Source: Owenia fusiformis (Eukaryota). Taken from it: a DNA stretch of 64,000 nucleotides. The position numbers and the translations under genes are program-made. Below are positions 12,863 to 26,134 of the stretch, piece after piece. Each line of letters starts with the position of its first letter. Positions within the stretch are counted from its first letter, which is position 1. Under the pieces are notes generated by a model. The model had not been told where the DNA came from and did not search any database. It saw only the letters and a list, made by a program, of their open reading frames with translations. The stretch spans positions 496,001-560,000 of the forward strand of contig CAIIXF020000001.1 of NCBI GenBank assembly GCA_903813345.2, in the 5' to 3' direction.

Positions 12863-13083
12863 TGTAATGACCCGAGGGCGCCCCAAGGGAATATCTAACT
12901 AATGAACATAGTGTAACAAGCCAGATAAGGAAATTGAAAGAAAGAGTGCAAAATTCAATGCCCTGTGTAGGAATCGAACCGGACGCCTTGAATCCAAAGA
13001 CTGATGCTCTACCAACTGAGCTATAAAGGCTTAAGACACTACAGCTGGGCCGTAGTAGCAACTTGATATCAAGGGTCGTTACA
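12863..13083 (-). mobile_element. Solo LTR (221 bp) with TG...CA ends and 4-bp TSD TGAG, containing a tRNA-derived cassette (Helenus-like TRIM LTR)
   Basis: TGAG|TGTAATGACCC ... GGGTCGTTACA|TGAG; terminal inverted repeat TGTAA(T/C)GACCC; tRNA-like sequence inside. Confidence 0.75.
12959..13030 (-). pseudogene. tRNA-derived sequence (tRNA-Lys-like) with intact A and B boxes and a degenerate anticodon arm
   Basis: Minus strand GCCTTTATAGCTCAGTTGGTAGAGCATCAGTCTTTGGATTCAAGGCGTCCGGTTCGATTCCTACACAGGGCA. A-box TAGCTCAGTTGG, B-box GGTTCGATTCC, acceptor stem only partly paired, T4 run a few bases downstream. Confidence 0.8.
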
Positions 13084-13226
13084 TGAGTTTAGTTTTTTTC
13101 AAATACACGAGTTCTTGTGAATTTGTTCCATCGTAAAGACATATAAATCCCCCTCCATCCACTCCCCCCTCCATCCAATATTAATTTATTTCGATTATTT
13201 TTTGTATAACGCATGGAAACGCATCA

Positions 13227-13576
13227 AATCGGTTTTAAACTGTGTGCGAACTGAATGAACGTAGCTACAACGTTCTACGGTCTGTTTGCGAACTTCATGG
13301 ACTTTCCCGGACAGCGAATGTGATTTAGAATTTTGAATCAATTCAAAATTCGATGGCGACCATACCGTTCTGTAATCAGATCATGATGACCTTCTAGACT
13401 AAGGGACGCGTTATACGACGTTGCACAACGTCGGCGACCTGAACGAACTGCGAATGAGATGGACGTATTGAACGAAGTAGCTAATTATATTTCCCGACCA
13501 CAGCCAGATTGAGCCCGTTTTACGACGTTTTCGTAGGACTGGCAAGAACGGGTAAGAACTAGTTTGGTGTGACACC
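13227..13576. mobile_element. Partial copy of the MITE family at 41063-41633 (right part and TIR); a further piece lies at about 12836-12862, left of the solo LTR
   Basis: 13227-13572 aligns closely with 41265-41625 and ends in AGAACTAGTTTGGTGTGA. Confidence 0.85.
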
Positions 13577-14016
13577 TTCCTTTACTTTTAGCAAAGTCTT
13601 GTTCCTTTAACATCTTCATCGTCAAATCCAGTCCGCTATTTAGTAATTCTTAACACTGCATTATCTTTGTTGGTATCGACACTTAACCCTTTTCTCATTC
13701 CAACTCTGATACTTTTGTATTAAGCGGTCACCATGAAATATCATCATTGACTATGATATAATGCAGTTTGACAAAAAATATCAGGATAAAGACGCTGGTG
13801 AAAAAAGTCGTGATTTGATTTTGCATCATATCATATCACTAAAGCTTGCTTCCAGGCCTCCTCTTTATTTTGATTTTCAAGATATTATATTCCAAAATAA
13901 CATCAAGACACAAAAGCAGAAAAAGAGTTTAGAAGCTATCATAGACTATTTTAAACACCAGGAGTTAGTCTAAATAATCCATGAGCTATTTTTAGTCTTT
14001 CCCATGACCTTCATCT

Positions 14017-16078
14017 GCAGCAGTTGATTTGTTCTACTATTCATGCGCCTCGATGCAGCAGTTAATGTGGTCTACTGGTCATGCGCCTAGATGTAGCAGC
14101 TGATTTGGTATATTGGTCATGCGGCTAGACGCAGCAGTTGATTTGGTCTACTGGTCATGCGACTTGAGGCAGCAGTTGATTTTGTATACTGGTCATGCGC
14201 CTAGACGCAGCAGTTATTGTGGTCTACTGGTCATGCTCCTAGCTAGATGCAGCACTTGATTCGGTCTATTGGTCATGCGCCTAGATGTAGCAGTTGATTT
14301 CGTCTACTGGTCATGCGCCTAGATGCAGCAGTTGATTTGGTCTACTGGTCATGCGCCTAGATGCAGCAGTTGTTTTGGTCTACTGGTCATGCGCCTAGAC
14401 GCAGCAGTTGATTTGGTCTACCGGTCATGTGCCCAGACGCAGCAGTTGATTTGGTCTACCGGTCATGCGCCTAGACGCAGCAGTTGATTTGGTCTACTGG
14501 TCATGCGCCTAGCTGCAGCAGTTGATTCGGTCCACTGGTCATGCGCCTAGATGCAGCAGTTGATTTGGTCTACAGAACATGCGCCTAGATGTAGCAGCTA
14601 ATTTGGTCTACTGGTCATGCGGCTAGGCCCAGCAGTTGATTTGGTCTACTGGTCATGCGGCTAGGCGCAGCAGTTGTTTTGGTCTACTGGTCATGCGCCT
14701 AGATGCAGCAGTTGATTTGGTCTACTGGTCATGCGCCTAGATGCAGCAGTTGATCTGGTCTACTGGTCATGCGGCTAAGTGCAGCAGTTGATTTGGTCTA
14801 CTGGTCATGCGGCTAGGCGCAGCAGTTGATTTGGTCTACTGGTCATGCGCGTGAATGTAGCAGTTGATTTGGTCTACTGGTTATGCACCTAGATGCAGCA
14901 GTTGATTTGGTCCACTGGTCATGCACCTAGATGTAGCAGCTGATTTGGTCTACTGGTCATGCGCGTGAATGTAGCAGTTGATTTTGTCTACTGGTTATGC
15001 GCCTAGATGCCGCAGTTGATTTGGTCTACTGGTCATGCAACTAGATGTAGCAGCTGATTTGGTCTACTGGTCATGCACCTAGATGTAGCAGTTGATTTGG
15101 TCCTCTGGTCATTCGCCTAGATGCAGCAGTTGATTTGGTCTACTGGTCATGCGCCTAGACGCAGCAGTTGATTTGGTCTACTGGTTATGCGCCTAGATGC
15201 AGCAGTTGATTTGGTCTACTGGTCATGCAACTAGATGTAGCAGCTGATTTGGTCTACTGGTCATGCACCTAGATGTAGCAGTTGATTTGGTCTTCTGGTC
15301 ATGCGCCTAGATGCAGCAGTTGATTTGGTCTACTGGTCATGCGCCTAGATGTAGCAGTTGATTTGGTCTACTGGTCATGCACCTAGATGTAGCAGTTGAT
15401 TTGGTCTACTGGTCATGCACGTGGATGTAGCAGTTGATTTGGTCTACTGGTCATGCGCCTAGATGTAGCAGTTGATTTGGTCTACTGGTCATGCACCTAG
15501 ATGTAGCAGTTGATTTGGTCTACTGGTCATGCGCCTGGATGCAGCAGTTGATTTGGTCTACTGGTAATGCACCTAGATGTAGCAGTTGATTTGGTCTACT
15601 GGTCATGCGCGTGGATGTAGCAGCTGATTTGGTCTACTGGTCATGCAACTAGATGTAGCAGTTGATTTGGTCTACTGGTCATGCAACTAGGTGTAGCAGT
15701 TGATTTGGTCTACTGGTCATGCAACTAGGTGTAGCAGTTGATTTGGTCTACTGGTCATGCGCCTAGATGTAGCAGTTGATTTGGTCTACTGGTCATGCAC
15801 CTAGATGTAGCAGTTGATTTGGTCTACTGGTCATGCGCGTGGATGTAGCAGCTGATTTGGTCTACTGGTCATGCGCCTAGATGTAGCAGTTGATTTGGTC
15901 TACTGGTCATGCGCGTGGATGTAGCAGTTGATTTGGTCTACTGGTCATGCACGTGGATGTAGCAGTTGATTTGGTCTACTGGTAATGCGCCTAGATGTAG
16001 CAGTTGATTTGGTCTACTGGTCATGCGCGTGGATGTAGCAGCTGATTTGGTCTACTGGTCATGCGCCTAGACGCAGCA
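14017..16078. repeat. Minisatellite, 38-bp unit GCAGCAGTTGATTTGGTCTACTGGTCATGCGCCTAGAT, about 54 copies
   Basis: 38-bp period (for example 14401 to 14439); no unique spacers. Confidence 0.98.
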
Positions 16079-18814
16079 CTGGGAATAAGGATGCATCGTA
16101 TAATTGATAACAAATAGTTAGAAAATTTACTCTTATGCGAGTAGGTAGTTTTCAGTTCCGCCAACAGGTTGCTGATTCTAAAGAAATAACATGACAGGGT
16201 ATTACAAAATTCCCGTAAACTTCAATTTCATCAGTTTTAGTCGTTCATCTTTCATATTAGGCTTATGTATTTGAAATTTATGCAAATCAAAATATGTCCA
16301 GTAAAAGAAAATATTATCCGCCCAACACAAAAAAAGATATTTCATTTTTTTGACTTTACAACATGGGTTCTATGGGGAATCTTCCCGACCTTGAAGTCAT
16401 ATTTTCAAAGAAAATCAAATTCTTAAAGTTGATAAACTCTTTTCCAAACCACATTTTTAGTTCTAATTTTACATGTAGATTCCAAATATGACATCAGTTT
16501 GACTGAACTATTTCTACTCATATGTAGACTATTGGACAATTCGTGTTTGGAAACGTTGAATGAAGTACCACAATAAGATGCGTTTTCGCATGTATCGGTG
16601 AATCACACATAGAATCCAACATAAACGACGAAACTGAAGTTTGATTAGAACTAGAGTCGAGTTTCACTTTCATCCATTACGGGTTAAGATGTTTCTCTGC
16701 ACATGAAACAATCAAATCAAATAAATATTTTAAATGAGAATATTTATTAATTTGACTCTCTCTCTCATCGATATGTAATATTACGTCCATGTTGATCAGA
16801 ATGTGGCTATGCACCAAATGAAAATATCGATATATATTCGACATGTGTGGTAAGTTTCTAACCATAGCCTTCGGGTCTTAAGTTATAAATTCTTTCAACG
16901 CCAAGGACAGAATTAATTAGAATTTTATCATATCGGACCAATGGTATTTCACTGACCACGGCGTTGATAGAAAGCCATCATATAAGGTCGTCGCAGCTGC
17001 CTTTGGGCTCAGATAAGAGTTTGGAGTAACCTATGTGAAGTGGCCCATAGCACATTAGTGCCATGGTAACCTGTCTACTGAGATACACCAAGAGCTAATT
17101 CATACCTTAGCAACGCCAACATTATGGTTCGTTTAGCCTCGCTTCTCCTTTTACATTAAATAAATATTGGCGGAAGTCTAGAAGTACAAGTTTTGGTACT
17201 ACATTTCTCAATCATTTAATGATATATCATAATATTACAAAACATGCTCATCATACCAGGTCAACGTTTGGCACTTGTGAAATCGTCAAAATTCATGATC
17301 ATTTTCTGTCAGTTGAGCATTATGTCTGCTGCTGATAGAGTTACAATTTTTATATAAACTCCTTTCCAACATTCATTTTTGGACCATTTCCTTCAAAATA
17401 GTTCAGCAAAATGAAATACCTAAAAATTGACTATTTTTGAACTCCGTAAGGTCATGGCAACATTGGATATTAAGGTATGACTTGTTCAAATGTTTATTTC
17501 AGGAAAACCATCGCCAAGAATTCTTTAAAATGGCTTAATAGACGTGTCAAAAAACGATTTTAAGAGATAGATATTAGATATGCTCAGAATGTAATGGGGA
17601 GGGTCCAAATTTCAACCCCGTAGCTATAGCACCGTCGAGGCGATTTATGGGTGTGTCGGCGGTACAACATTCGTAAGCAAAATTCGCCCCCTCTTGGCAA
17701 ATCATTTTGACGGCCCTGTACATTACATAAATATTGCATCACATATCTCGTTCAAACGATAACAGCATAGTACCTCTAATGACTGTTGCATTGGTCATGA
17801 TTGGTGTAAAACACAAAGTGTGACAATTGTAACTCATCCAATCAAATGATCTTGGATCAGGAAATTAATCCTAATGTAACAGAGCATCTTGCTTGAAGCA
17901 AACCAAAACAATGTGATAAGATGAATATAGGCAGAATTGATAATACAGACACTTAATTTATAAGTATTCTGCGTAAACGTTCAGATGCTCGTGGCATCCA
18001 TCGAGTCTGAATGAGGCAGTGATTAGCTTAGATAATTTAAACGATCTCTTAGGAATTATAAGAATTAGCAAGATGAAGAGTCTTAATTTAATCTTATATC
18101 CCTGAATTAAACCAAACACTCCAGAGAATGCCAAACAACTCTGCTATACTCGTTGTAAATAAAGGTGAAAGAAATCACTTAATGAGGCAACGGGGTATTT
18201 GCAAACCCATCACGAAATAATAGTAGTACAAACTCTATTAAGCAACATTCTAAGGTTTGAATGAGATAGCAGTAATCTGGAAACAATGTTGATATTTAAA
18301 TACTATCACATATAAAAGTAGTTATTACTGGAGTACATACTTTCCATTTAACTTGAAATAGAACCAACGGTATCTACGGCAATTTTAAAGATGTAAAACC
18401 TTTCATATTTAGACCGTCATGAAATGTCATAATGATAAACTCTGGCATCGACTTTTGCTCAGATCGTGGGAAGCCAAGAGAAAAATAAATACGTTTCCCG
18501 AATTGACTTGGATGTGAGGCCAGAAAAATCAAAACAATCATAATCTATATATTTGAATTAGTTCGGCGTTAAGATAACTTGAGATGACACTATAAATATC
18601 GGCTATAGTGTTTCACACGTCGACAACTGAAAATATCAACAAAAAGAGAAGATACTTCGCCGGCCATTTATGGTTTTTATGATAATTTCAGTTCAGCATT
18701 ACAGTCATACATTTCGACAGTTGTAGCCCCTTCCATCAGATGACCACATTAATAAGGACAAGCTATTAAAATGACAAAATATCACCACCTAGTTGCTCAC
18801 AATATCATTAGTTC

Positions 18815-19082
18815 ATTCATAAGTCAGATTTGAATTTCTGAGAAATTGTAGATGCTTTTGAAGCAAGTTGGTTGAAAAATACCTCTTTTGACCTTGAGAA
18901 GGGCATTGAATGTCAAATCTAAAGTCACATTTGAACTTCTGAAAACTTGAAGATGATTTTGAAAAATGAAGTTTTAAGAATTTTTTATAGACACCGATCG
19001 CCAACCACCAACCGCCACCCGGCGGACGCCAACCGCCGTCACAAAATGGAGACCATTACACTTTTTGATGGTGACAGAAAAA
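18815..19082 (-). mobile_element. Fragment of a dispersed repeat, probably the 5' end of a HINE-type element; related sequence inverted at about 55870-55990
   Basis: AAGTCAGATTTGAATTTCTG...GCAAGTTG..GAAAAATAC...TTGACCTT is the reverse complement of 55885-55985. GC-rich (CCGCCA)-like tract at about 19000-19040 next to an A-run end. Confidence 0.45.
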
Positions 19083-20630
19083 TGGGCAAGATCGTTGATG
19101 GGTATCACCTTGATGTAAATGCAGAGCTTTTATAAAGATACCATTTTTCAGAAATGAATGCATATTCATAACATTAACACAGTGGCCAAATTCGACTTAC
19201 AAGTGAACCACTTTCAGGGCCATGCAGATACCCATGAAAGCAGGACTGATAATATCCTTTCTTCGGGTAAGACAACGACACAGCGGAAGACCGAGGACCC
19301 CTAGTAATTCCAGGTCGGTAACAAATATTACACTATCACGATTAATGAATTGACCTTGACAATATTTATTTAATGATGGTATATGATCACATCACAGACC
19401 TCATAATATCGGTCATCATTACCTCGACCAGACAGAGAGCCTTTCAGAGACATTAACTTATTATTGCCGTAATGATCATTGTTTATTCTCTCCTCTTCAA
19501 TATCACTTAATGATTTGTATCGTGACTGACAATCACATCTATTTTTCAAACAATAGGCCCTAATAACAAAAACCACCACACGCCATTTTGGCACTAATGA
19601 TACCGTGTTGGGCATTATTTTTATAGAATGTTTTTAATTGAGGTAAATTAATTGTTCAAACCAAATGTAAATATACAGTATACGAGTATAATAATATTTA
19701 TTATAATAATATGATATAATACAATACAATATGATAAATATATTTGTGTTTTCATTCGTCCAAGTTTAAAATAGCAATATATTTGTTTATTTGAACAATA
19801 TTAATCGTTTTCATAACACGGTCTATATAGACATCACCACTATATGCTTACAACACTATTCATTTCCAAACTGATCTTTGCCCGAATGATTTGTTTATGA
19901 AAACTCTTTTTCTAAGCTTCATACCTTGGGAAACCGAACATGTTGTTTATACGATGATGCAAAGAAATTTGATAAAACAAAATACATTTGAAACTGATCT
20001 TGTATGGTTTGCCCGTGTAGTGGCTCCATAGTTCATTGGAAGTCTCGTACGTAAACACACTCTTTGAAACAACTGTCTTGATTCCTCAGACATCATTGAA
20101 ATAAGTAGTTTCCATATAGAATATCACCACAGTTGCGCTAGACGTTATCGCCAGCTGTCTGCGCCAACTTCCCGTTAGAGTCTGTAAAAAGTCAGAAACA
20201 AGATATACCATATACAATACTAAGCTGATTACATAACTTGTAAAGCGGACATGATTTGTAAACAAACAAAATCAATGAAATTGAGTATGAGTCCATCCGT
20301 CGAGAATGAATATTTGGACACGAACTAATTTTATGGATGGGCCTTTATAGTTAAATATTTTGGGCTTCTGTTTCCCATTCTCAGCTATCCGATAACCACC
20401 TGGAGCACCATGGACCCAATGCAGGTCGATGTTTGCAGTTGTTTGTTTTTGTGTGATTGAACTGTTTTTTGAACGAGCTGCTTGTCAGTCGTTGATTTTT
20501 CATCTGATGTACAGGAGTTTGCATTGCTTTTAAAAAGTTCTGAAGTGGTCTCTTATGTAACTCAATTACTTTGTACAGGATGTACCAGAAAACTTCATCC
20601 ACCTAACAATGAATATATCTTAGACCAATT

Positions 20631-21083
20631 GAGTTTCACTACTGTAGCAAGTATATCTTTACGGTTGACAAAGTTTCACTACTGTAGCAAGTGTATCTTT
20701 ACGGTTGACAAAGTTTCACTACTGAAGCAAATGTATTTTTAAAGTTGGCAAAGTTTCACAACTGTAGCAATTTTATTTAAGTTGGTAAAGTTTCACAACT
20801 ACAACAAGTGTATTTAAGTTGGCGAAGTTTCACTACTGTAGCAAGTGCATTTTTAAAGTTGACAAAGTTTCACTACTGTAGCAATTGTATTTAAGTTGGC
20901 AAAGTTTCACAACTGTAGCAATTATATAAAGTTTCACTTATTACAGTAACTATAGCAGTGTATTTTAGTTGGCAAAGTTTCACTACTATAGCAACTGAAT
21001 TATTTAAGTTGGCAAAGTTTCACTTATTACAGTAACTATAGCAGTGTATTTAAGTTGGCAAAGTTTCACTACTATAGCAGCTG
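20631..21083. repeat. Minisatellite, ~40-bp unit AAAGTTTCACTACTGTAGCAAGTGTAT...GTTGGC/GAC, about 11 diverged copies
   Basis: AGTTTCAC recurs at 20632, 20672, 20712 etc. Confidence 0.93.
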
Positions 21084-21162
21084 CATGGCCAATTTGCCGG
21101 CCATTAAAATGATATGCTCAAAATGGGCACCGCATCTCTGAATACAGACTTACAATGGCGTT

Positions 21163-21770
21163 AGGTTAAGCGATGAAGCACATTTTCAGTCGAAAGGTCA
21201 CGTTTATAGCAAAAACTGTGTTTTTTTTGGGGGGGGGGGGGGTAACCATGCTCCTGAAGAAATGGCTCGGATACCGATTCATAGTGCCAGATACACTGTA
21301 TGGTGAGCTTTGAGTTCACTTGGAATCTTTGGGTCGTACCTCATTGACACTGAGGAAAGGCAACGTGTAACACAGTTGTTGTTCTAAAAAGAGTATGGAG
21401 GGCTCTACAAAGAAGGATTATTGTGGCCATTGATTGCCCATCCAAATGGTTTCAACAAGATAGAGCTACATCACACATAATCTTTGGATCGGCTTTAGAA
21501 TCAATTTGCAGATCGACCGCCAGTCATAGAGCAGATAACAACTGAGCACTCCACTTCCCAGATCTGAACACCCCAGATTTGTATCATTGGGGGTTCCTTT
21601 AGGATGATGTGTATGCCAACAACCTTCAACCTATTACAGAACTGAAACAAGGGATAACACAAAACATAAGAGTCATTGGGGATGAATGCACACGTGTTGC
21701 TGAACCTTTGCAAGTCTGTCTTCAGAGACTCACATTGTTTGAATGGCAATCACATGGGACATGCACCTGC
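21163..21770 (+). pseudogene. Tc1/mariner-superfamily transposase relic, rosa/DD41D-like
   Basis: Hand translation: SDEAHFQSKGHVYSKNCVF / PIHSARYTVW*ALSSLGIFGSY / WFQQDRATSH / HFPDLNTPDLYHWG / DVYANNLQPITELKQGITQNIR. Contains stops and frameshifts. Confidence 0.85.
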
Positions 21771-21774
21771 AATA

Positions 21775-22737
21775 CAGTGTGTCTCAAAAAAAAAATGTTA
21801 CACTTACAAAAAGTTCAATATCTTTCATAATTTTGACTTTTCCCCTAAAATATACTTAGGATACCAAAGACAAATCTTTCTCGAATAATTTGGCACCATC
21901 AGATTCAAAATCTGTCCTTGATTGGCTCCAAAGGACAGCTTTTAGTGTCCCATGGTAAAATCTGATTTGCGCAAACTTCTGAGTGATTGAATGGACCAAA
22001 CGACTAAGAGGAACAGTTTCTTTAACATTTATATAAGAAGCTTGACCTTTAACTGAGTCATTCTGTAATTTTCCAATTTGTCGTACATATTATCATTAGG
22101 TCTATCCACACAAACACGTGGTGCCCTCAACATGTTCTCCAAAGCAAATTTGAGGTACCCTTGCCCATGCGCACATGCATTGTAATGTCACACTGATTCC
22201 ATCAATTATTTTTGCAGAAGTTTATTTAGGTCAGTTTGTGATGCCGTAAAGCGCTTTCAGAGGCCCTTCAAAAAATCAAGGGTGTAAAGTGGGATGACCC
22301 TGGGGGCCAATCCAAAGGCTAATTCAATGCTATCTTCTGATTTCCAAAGAGTTCTACCAAATAATCTGCCACATGGCTTTGCACCATCCTGTTGCCATCA
22401 TACATAACAAAATTGAACACTATGACAATGAAATCTTGTATTTGTATCCACGAAAGAAACAACTGGATCATATCACCATATCACTGTCCACAGCATTCAC
22501 ACCAAAAAGGAATTGATCACCACATGTCCAACCAATGAGAAGTGGCGCAAATCGGATTTCACATGCGTCCATAAAATCTATACTGTGCAGCTAATTATGG
22601 ACGGATTTTGAATCTGATGGTTTGGATTTATTAGAGAAAGACTGGTCTTTTGGTATCTAAGTATATTTAAGGGAAAAGTCAATTTCATGAAAGGTATTGA
22701 ACTTTTTGTAAGTGTAACATTTTTTTGAGACACACTG
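21775..22737 (-). mobile_element. Internally deleted Tc1/mariner element with ~145-bp TIRs and TA TSD; transposase scraps on the minus strand
   Basis: TA|CAGTGTGTCTCAAAAAA...TTTTTTGAGACACACTG|TA. Minus-strand WQQDGA (about 22381-22397) and WPPGSSHFTPL (about 22277-22309). Confidence 0.9.
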
Positions 22738-23519
22738 TAGTATTGAAATTTTGTCAACTTAAAGAACATTGAACTAACTGCAATTTTGCAAACTTTGTTT
22801 TGCCAGTCGTGTCTAGAATCGCCAATGCAAGGTAATTATAACAGTTTGACTTTTAATTTAATTTAATTTGGTTGGACCCAATATTGTTTCGATCAGTCCA
22901 AAGTCGCTCAGACGTTTTCATTCTGTTACGATTGACCCTGATTGTCGCATTCTTAGATGTTTACCCTATGTTTGCACTGACATGCCAATGCTTGTTTAGA
23001 CGCAACAATGGTTGCCCAGACATGCCTGGTCGTCGGGTCAACGCGTTATCCCCAGCGGCTCTGACCAATTCCGTCTGTTAGTCATGATATTACAACAATA
23101 AATGCTTACTATTGTTAATGAAGACATGCTAAAACACAACTTACTTCAAACTTGAAAATATACGCCGATACGACAGACAGTAAGGCATTGGTTTGAAGTT
23201 ATTGAAACGATTTATTCCCATTTGGAGGAATAAAATATGATAAAATACCACCGAGAGTAATAATTACTATTTATAGTCACGTTTAAGATGTTTTAGTTAG
23301 GATGTATTGATAGAAGTAGATTATGTTTAAAACACGTCAGAGACACCGACGATTATGAAATAGTGGCCACAGACATGTGAAGTATAGAGGAATGAATATT
23401 TTTTAAGCACTTGCACACCCGTTAGGGTCAAGTACAAAGAGGGATAAACAAAAATATATATATTATATAATACTATGTTACACTAACTTATCTATAAACT
23501 GTTTTGCATAGAAGGATTA

Positions 23520-24274
23520 AAACCCCAATCAAATTTGTCGTCCGGCGGCCGTACATGTACGTCGACCGCAGATCAATTAAGGTCAGGGTGCATGTTCGGA
23601 ATTTTGCTGCAACCCTCAATAGGGTCACATGTTATTTTTCAAATTTGAATCACTCCTTCCCCACAATGTCTATCTCTCACTTTTGCGCAACAAGTACACT
23701 AATTAACCTAGAAAAGAATGTAAAGAAGACTCGGAGTTATAATGTTTGTTCATTTCTACGGTCCCCGTAGAAATCAGCACGCCGTTGCCAGACCGCAGAA
23801 CGGTCCCACGGTGGAAGCACGTCGGGGTAACGTTGACTTGCGTCTCTCGTAGTGCTTTGATGGGTTTGATGGGTTTGATGGGCTATGTACCTTTGGAAAC
23901 AAATTTTAGGCCAGGTTTGCTGTCATATCTTTGCTGTGAACATATAAGGTTTACTGTTTGGTGTAAGGTCACTGATACCACAGCAACCTACATGTATATA
24001 GCAAAAGATTAAGTTGCTATTGCTTTATCTATCACTTAACACTTTTATTTGATATTATATCCAAGCATTATAAATAACATTTATAAATTGTACTGATTTA
24101 AATTGAATAGAAACAAATATTAACGTTTATCAACAGATATTCAAAATCCATGCGGCTGTCGTAGGAAATGTGACTGAGTATCCGACCGCAGAAATTCTAC
24201 GGCGAGCGTAGAACTGTTACTCACCGCAGAAATGATAGGCCGCATAGTCGCCGTAGGAAATGTGATTGGGGTGT
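23520..24274. mobile_element. TA-flanked MITE with short TIRs (A(C/A)ACCCCAATCA(C/A)ATTT) and CpG-rich subterminal motifs
   Basis: TTA|AAACCCCAATCAAATTT ... AAATGTGATTGGGGTGT|TAG; repeated ACCGCAGA/CCGTAG motifs. Confidence 0.6.
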
Positions 24275-24307
24275 TAGTCTTAGTGTTTCCCTACTTGTTA
24301 ATCTCTA

Positions 24308-24559
24308 TTAATTGTGATCACTTTTACACTCCATCATGAAATGGTCTTCATTAAGTATCATTCTATAAATGGTGCACAGTCTTTTCCCAGTCGGAGTTTT
24401 CTTTTCCTTTGCATATCGAGCTTGTTCAATTTGAAGATTGTGAGCACTTATCCCGAGCCGCGTAAAGTTTCTACCCAAGTCTAGTCTAACCATTGTATTT
24501 GAATAATTCTCATATCTGTCTTGAAAGTTCTGTCTTGAAGGTTCGTAGTCCATTATCAT
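24308..24559 (-). pseudogene. LINE (CR1/L2-group) ORF2 C-terminal remnant
   Basis: ORF contains RNFTRLGISAHNLQIEQARY...KRLCTIY..ILNEDHFMMECK, matching the LR.S.H.L.IE.GRY...R.C..C...E.E.HF...C motif. Confidence 0.75.
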
Positions 24560-24907
24560 TTTTGCCAGAATCAGTGTTTAATTATATTATATATTTTTTT
24601 CAATAATGGTGTGCATTTTAAGCTACCAGTTGTAGATCCAACAGATTAATTAAGTAGAAGCAAATATCTTATTTACATATGGACACCATGGATTTTCTCC
24701 TAGTTGATTTGAGCAATTAACATTGTTGGTATTTTGGTTTTGTACTCCTAGAGTGTAAGAATAATTGTGACAGTGAAGCCAGCGTTTGGGAGTAGAGTCT
24801 CTATAACCAGCAGCGGATATCTAATTGTGGTTTGACTGAAATGTCTGCAGAGGGAGGGAATCAAGGTGATTGGGGGTAAAGGGGAAAACTTATGATAATT
24901 GGAACGT

Positions 24908-25160
24908 GATCAGATATAGACGTATGATTATTGGGGATAAAACGCTAAAAAAGTCACAAATATCGGTTTAATACGTCAGTTTCAACTAGAATGATGATAA
25001 ATATCCAGCTTTCCAGTTTTGCCCAATGGCACTATCAGACCCTCTCTATGGATTCCTAATCAGATATAAACGTATGATTATTCGGGGTAAATGGCTCAAA
25101 AACTCACAAATTTCAGCTTAACATCCATACGTCAGTTTCAACTAAAGCAGGGATAAATAC
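24908..25160. repeat. Diverged ~150-bp-period duplication
   Basis: ATCAGATATA(G/A)ACGTATGATTATT...TACGTCAGTTTCAACTA at about 24909 and about 25059. Confidence 0.7.
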
Positions 25161-26134
25161 CCCCGGGAATTTGGTGAGTGACAGGTTAATTGAATGACAC
25201 CTATCTTATGACGTGACACGTTTAATATGACGTGACACGTATAATATGACGTGACATGTATGATATGACGGCTTTTATGTTGGGAAAGCCAGTTAGAGAA
25301 GCATCCGAAAAAGTTATCTACGTTATCTGAAGTGGTTAAGGCAATTATCTCTCCTCAAAACACAGGTTGTCGGATTCTGATTTAGACATACGCTGAGATG
25401 ATACGGATTAAACGGCATGGCGAAATATCAACCTAGATTGGAGCGTTTAAGACAAAAATATAACTGTAAATGTTGGCATATTAGCAATGAAGGGTAGATG
25501 ATTTTATACCTTCACTCTATCTACATGGGGCATAGTGGAGTGTTGATAGAATCATGTTTCTCGCACCAGATTGCCTCCACATTCTAAACTAATAACGTAC
25601 ATATTGAATGGTGAGTCACTTGCTACGGTTCAGCTATGCACTGTGAAATTGAATTAAGAAGTTTTTATTATTTCACCATGGAGTATTTGTTAAGTGGGGA
25701 AAGTGTTGATAATCCGGTATTTATGCTAATTGGTTCAAGATTTCCGTCATGGACTATGCTTATAGAATAATAACTTTATGTATTAGGTTTAACCTAAATG
25801 TGATCCCATGGTTCACATGACCAAGATTAAGCTAATGGTGTCATCGTCATTTAAGCTTTCCTGATCGGTAACGCCTGCTCATTAAGTGTTTTTTAAGGGC
25901 TTCTTACACCGCTCTCCATAGTTTGAAAACCCATTTTCTCTAATTCTAACACATATTCAGTGTATGCGTAAGTGCAAACGGGACTGTACCAAAAGTGGAA
26001 ACAGAACACAGCGACAAAAGAAAACATATAGGATTACCTGAACTATCCAAAATCAAAACCCCTCACCCACCATTTAAGTACCAACATCGATCTGAGACCA
26101 AAACACCAAGGGACATTTCATTCATAATGAAGTC

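Noticed and set aside
12959-13030. Functional tRNA gene
   Set aside because: The anticodon stem and part of the acceptor stem do not pair, and it is embedded in an LTR-like unit.
14017-16078. 38-bp repeat array as a CRISPR array
   Set aside because: Head-to-tail units with no unique spacers, no cas genes, eukaryotic context. The same applies to the 46-, 50- and 31-bp arrays.
16196-17717. One Tc1-like element bounded by CAGGGTATTACAAAAT and ATTTTGACGGCCCTG
   Set aside because: The ends match only at CAGGG and CAAAAT, and there is no TA on the left. More likely fragments of different elements.
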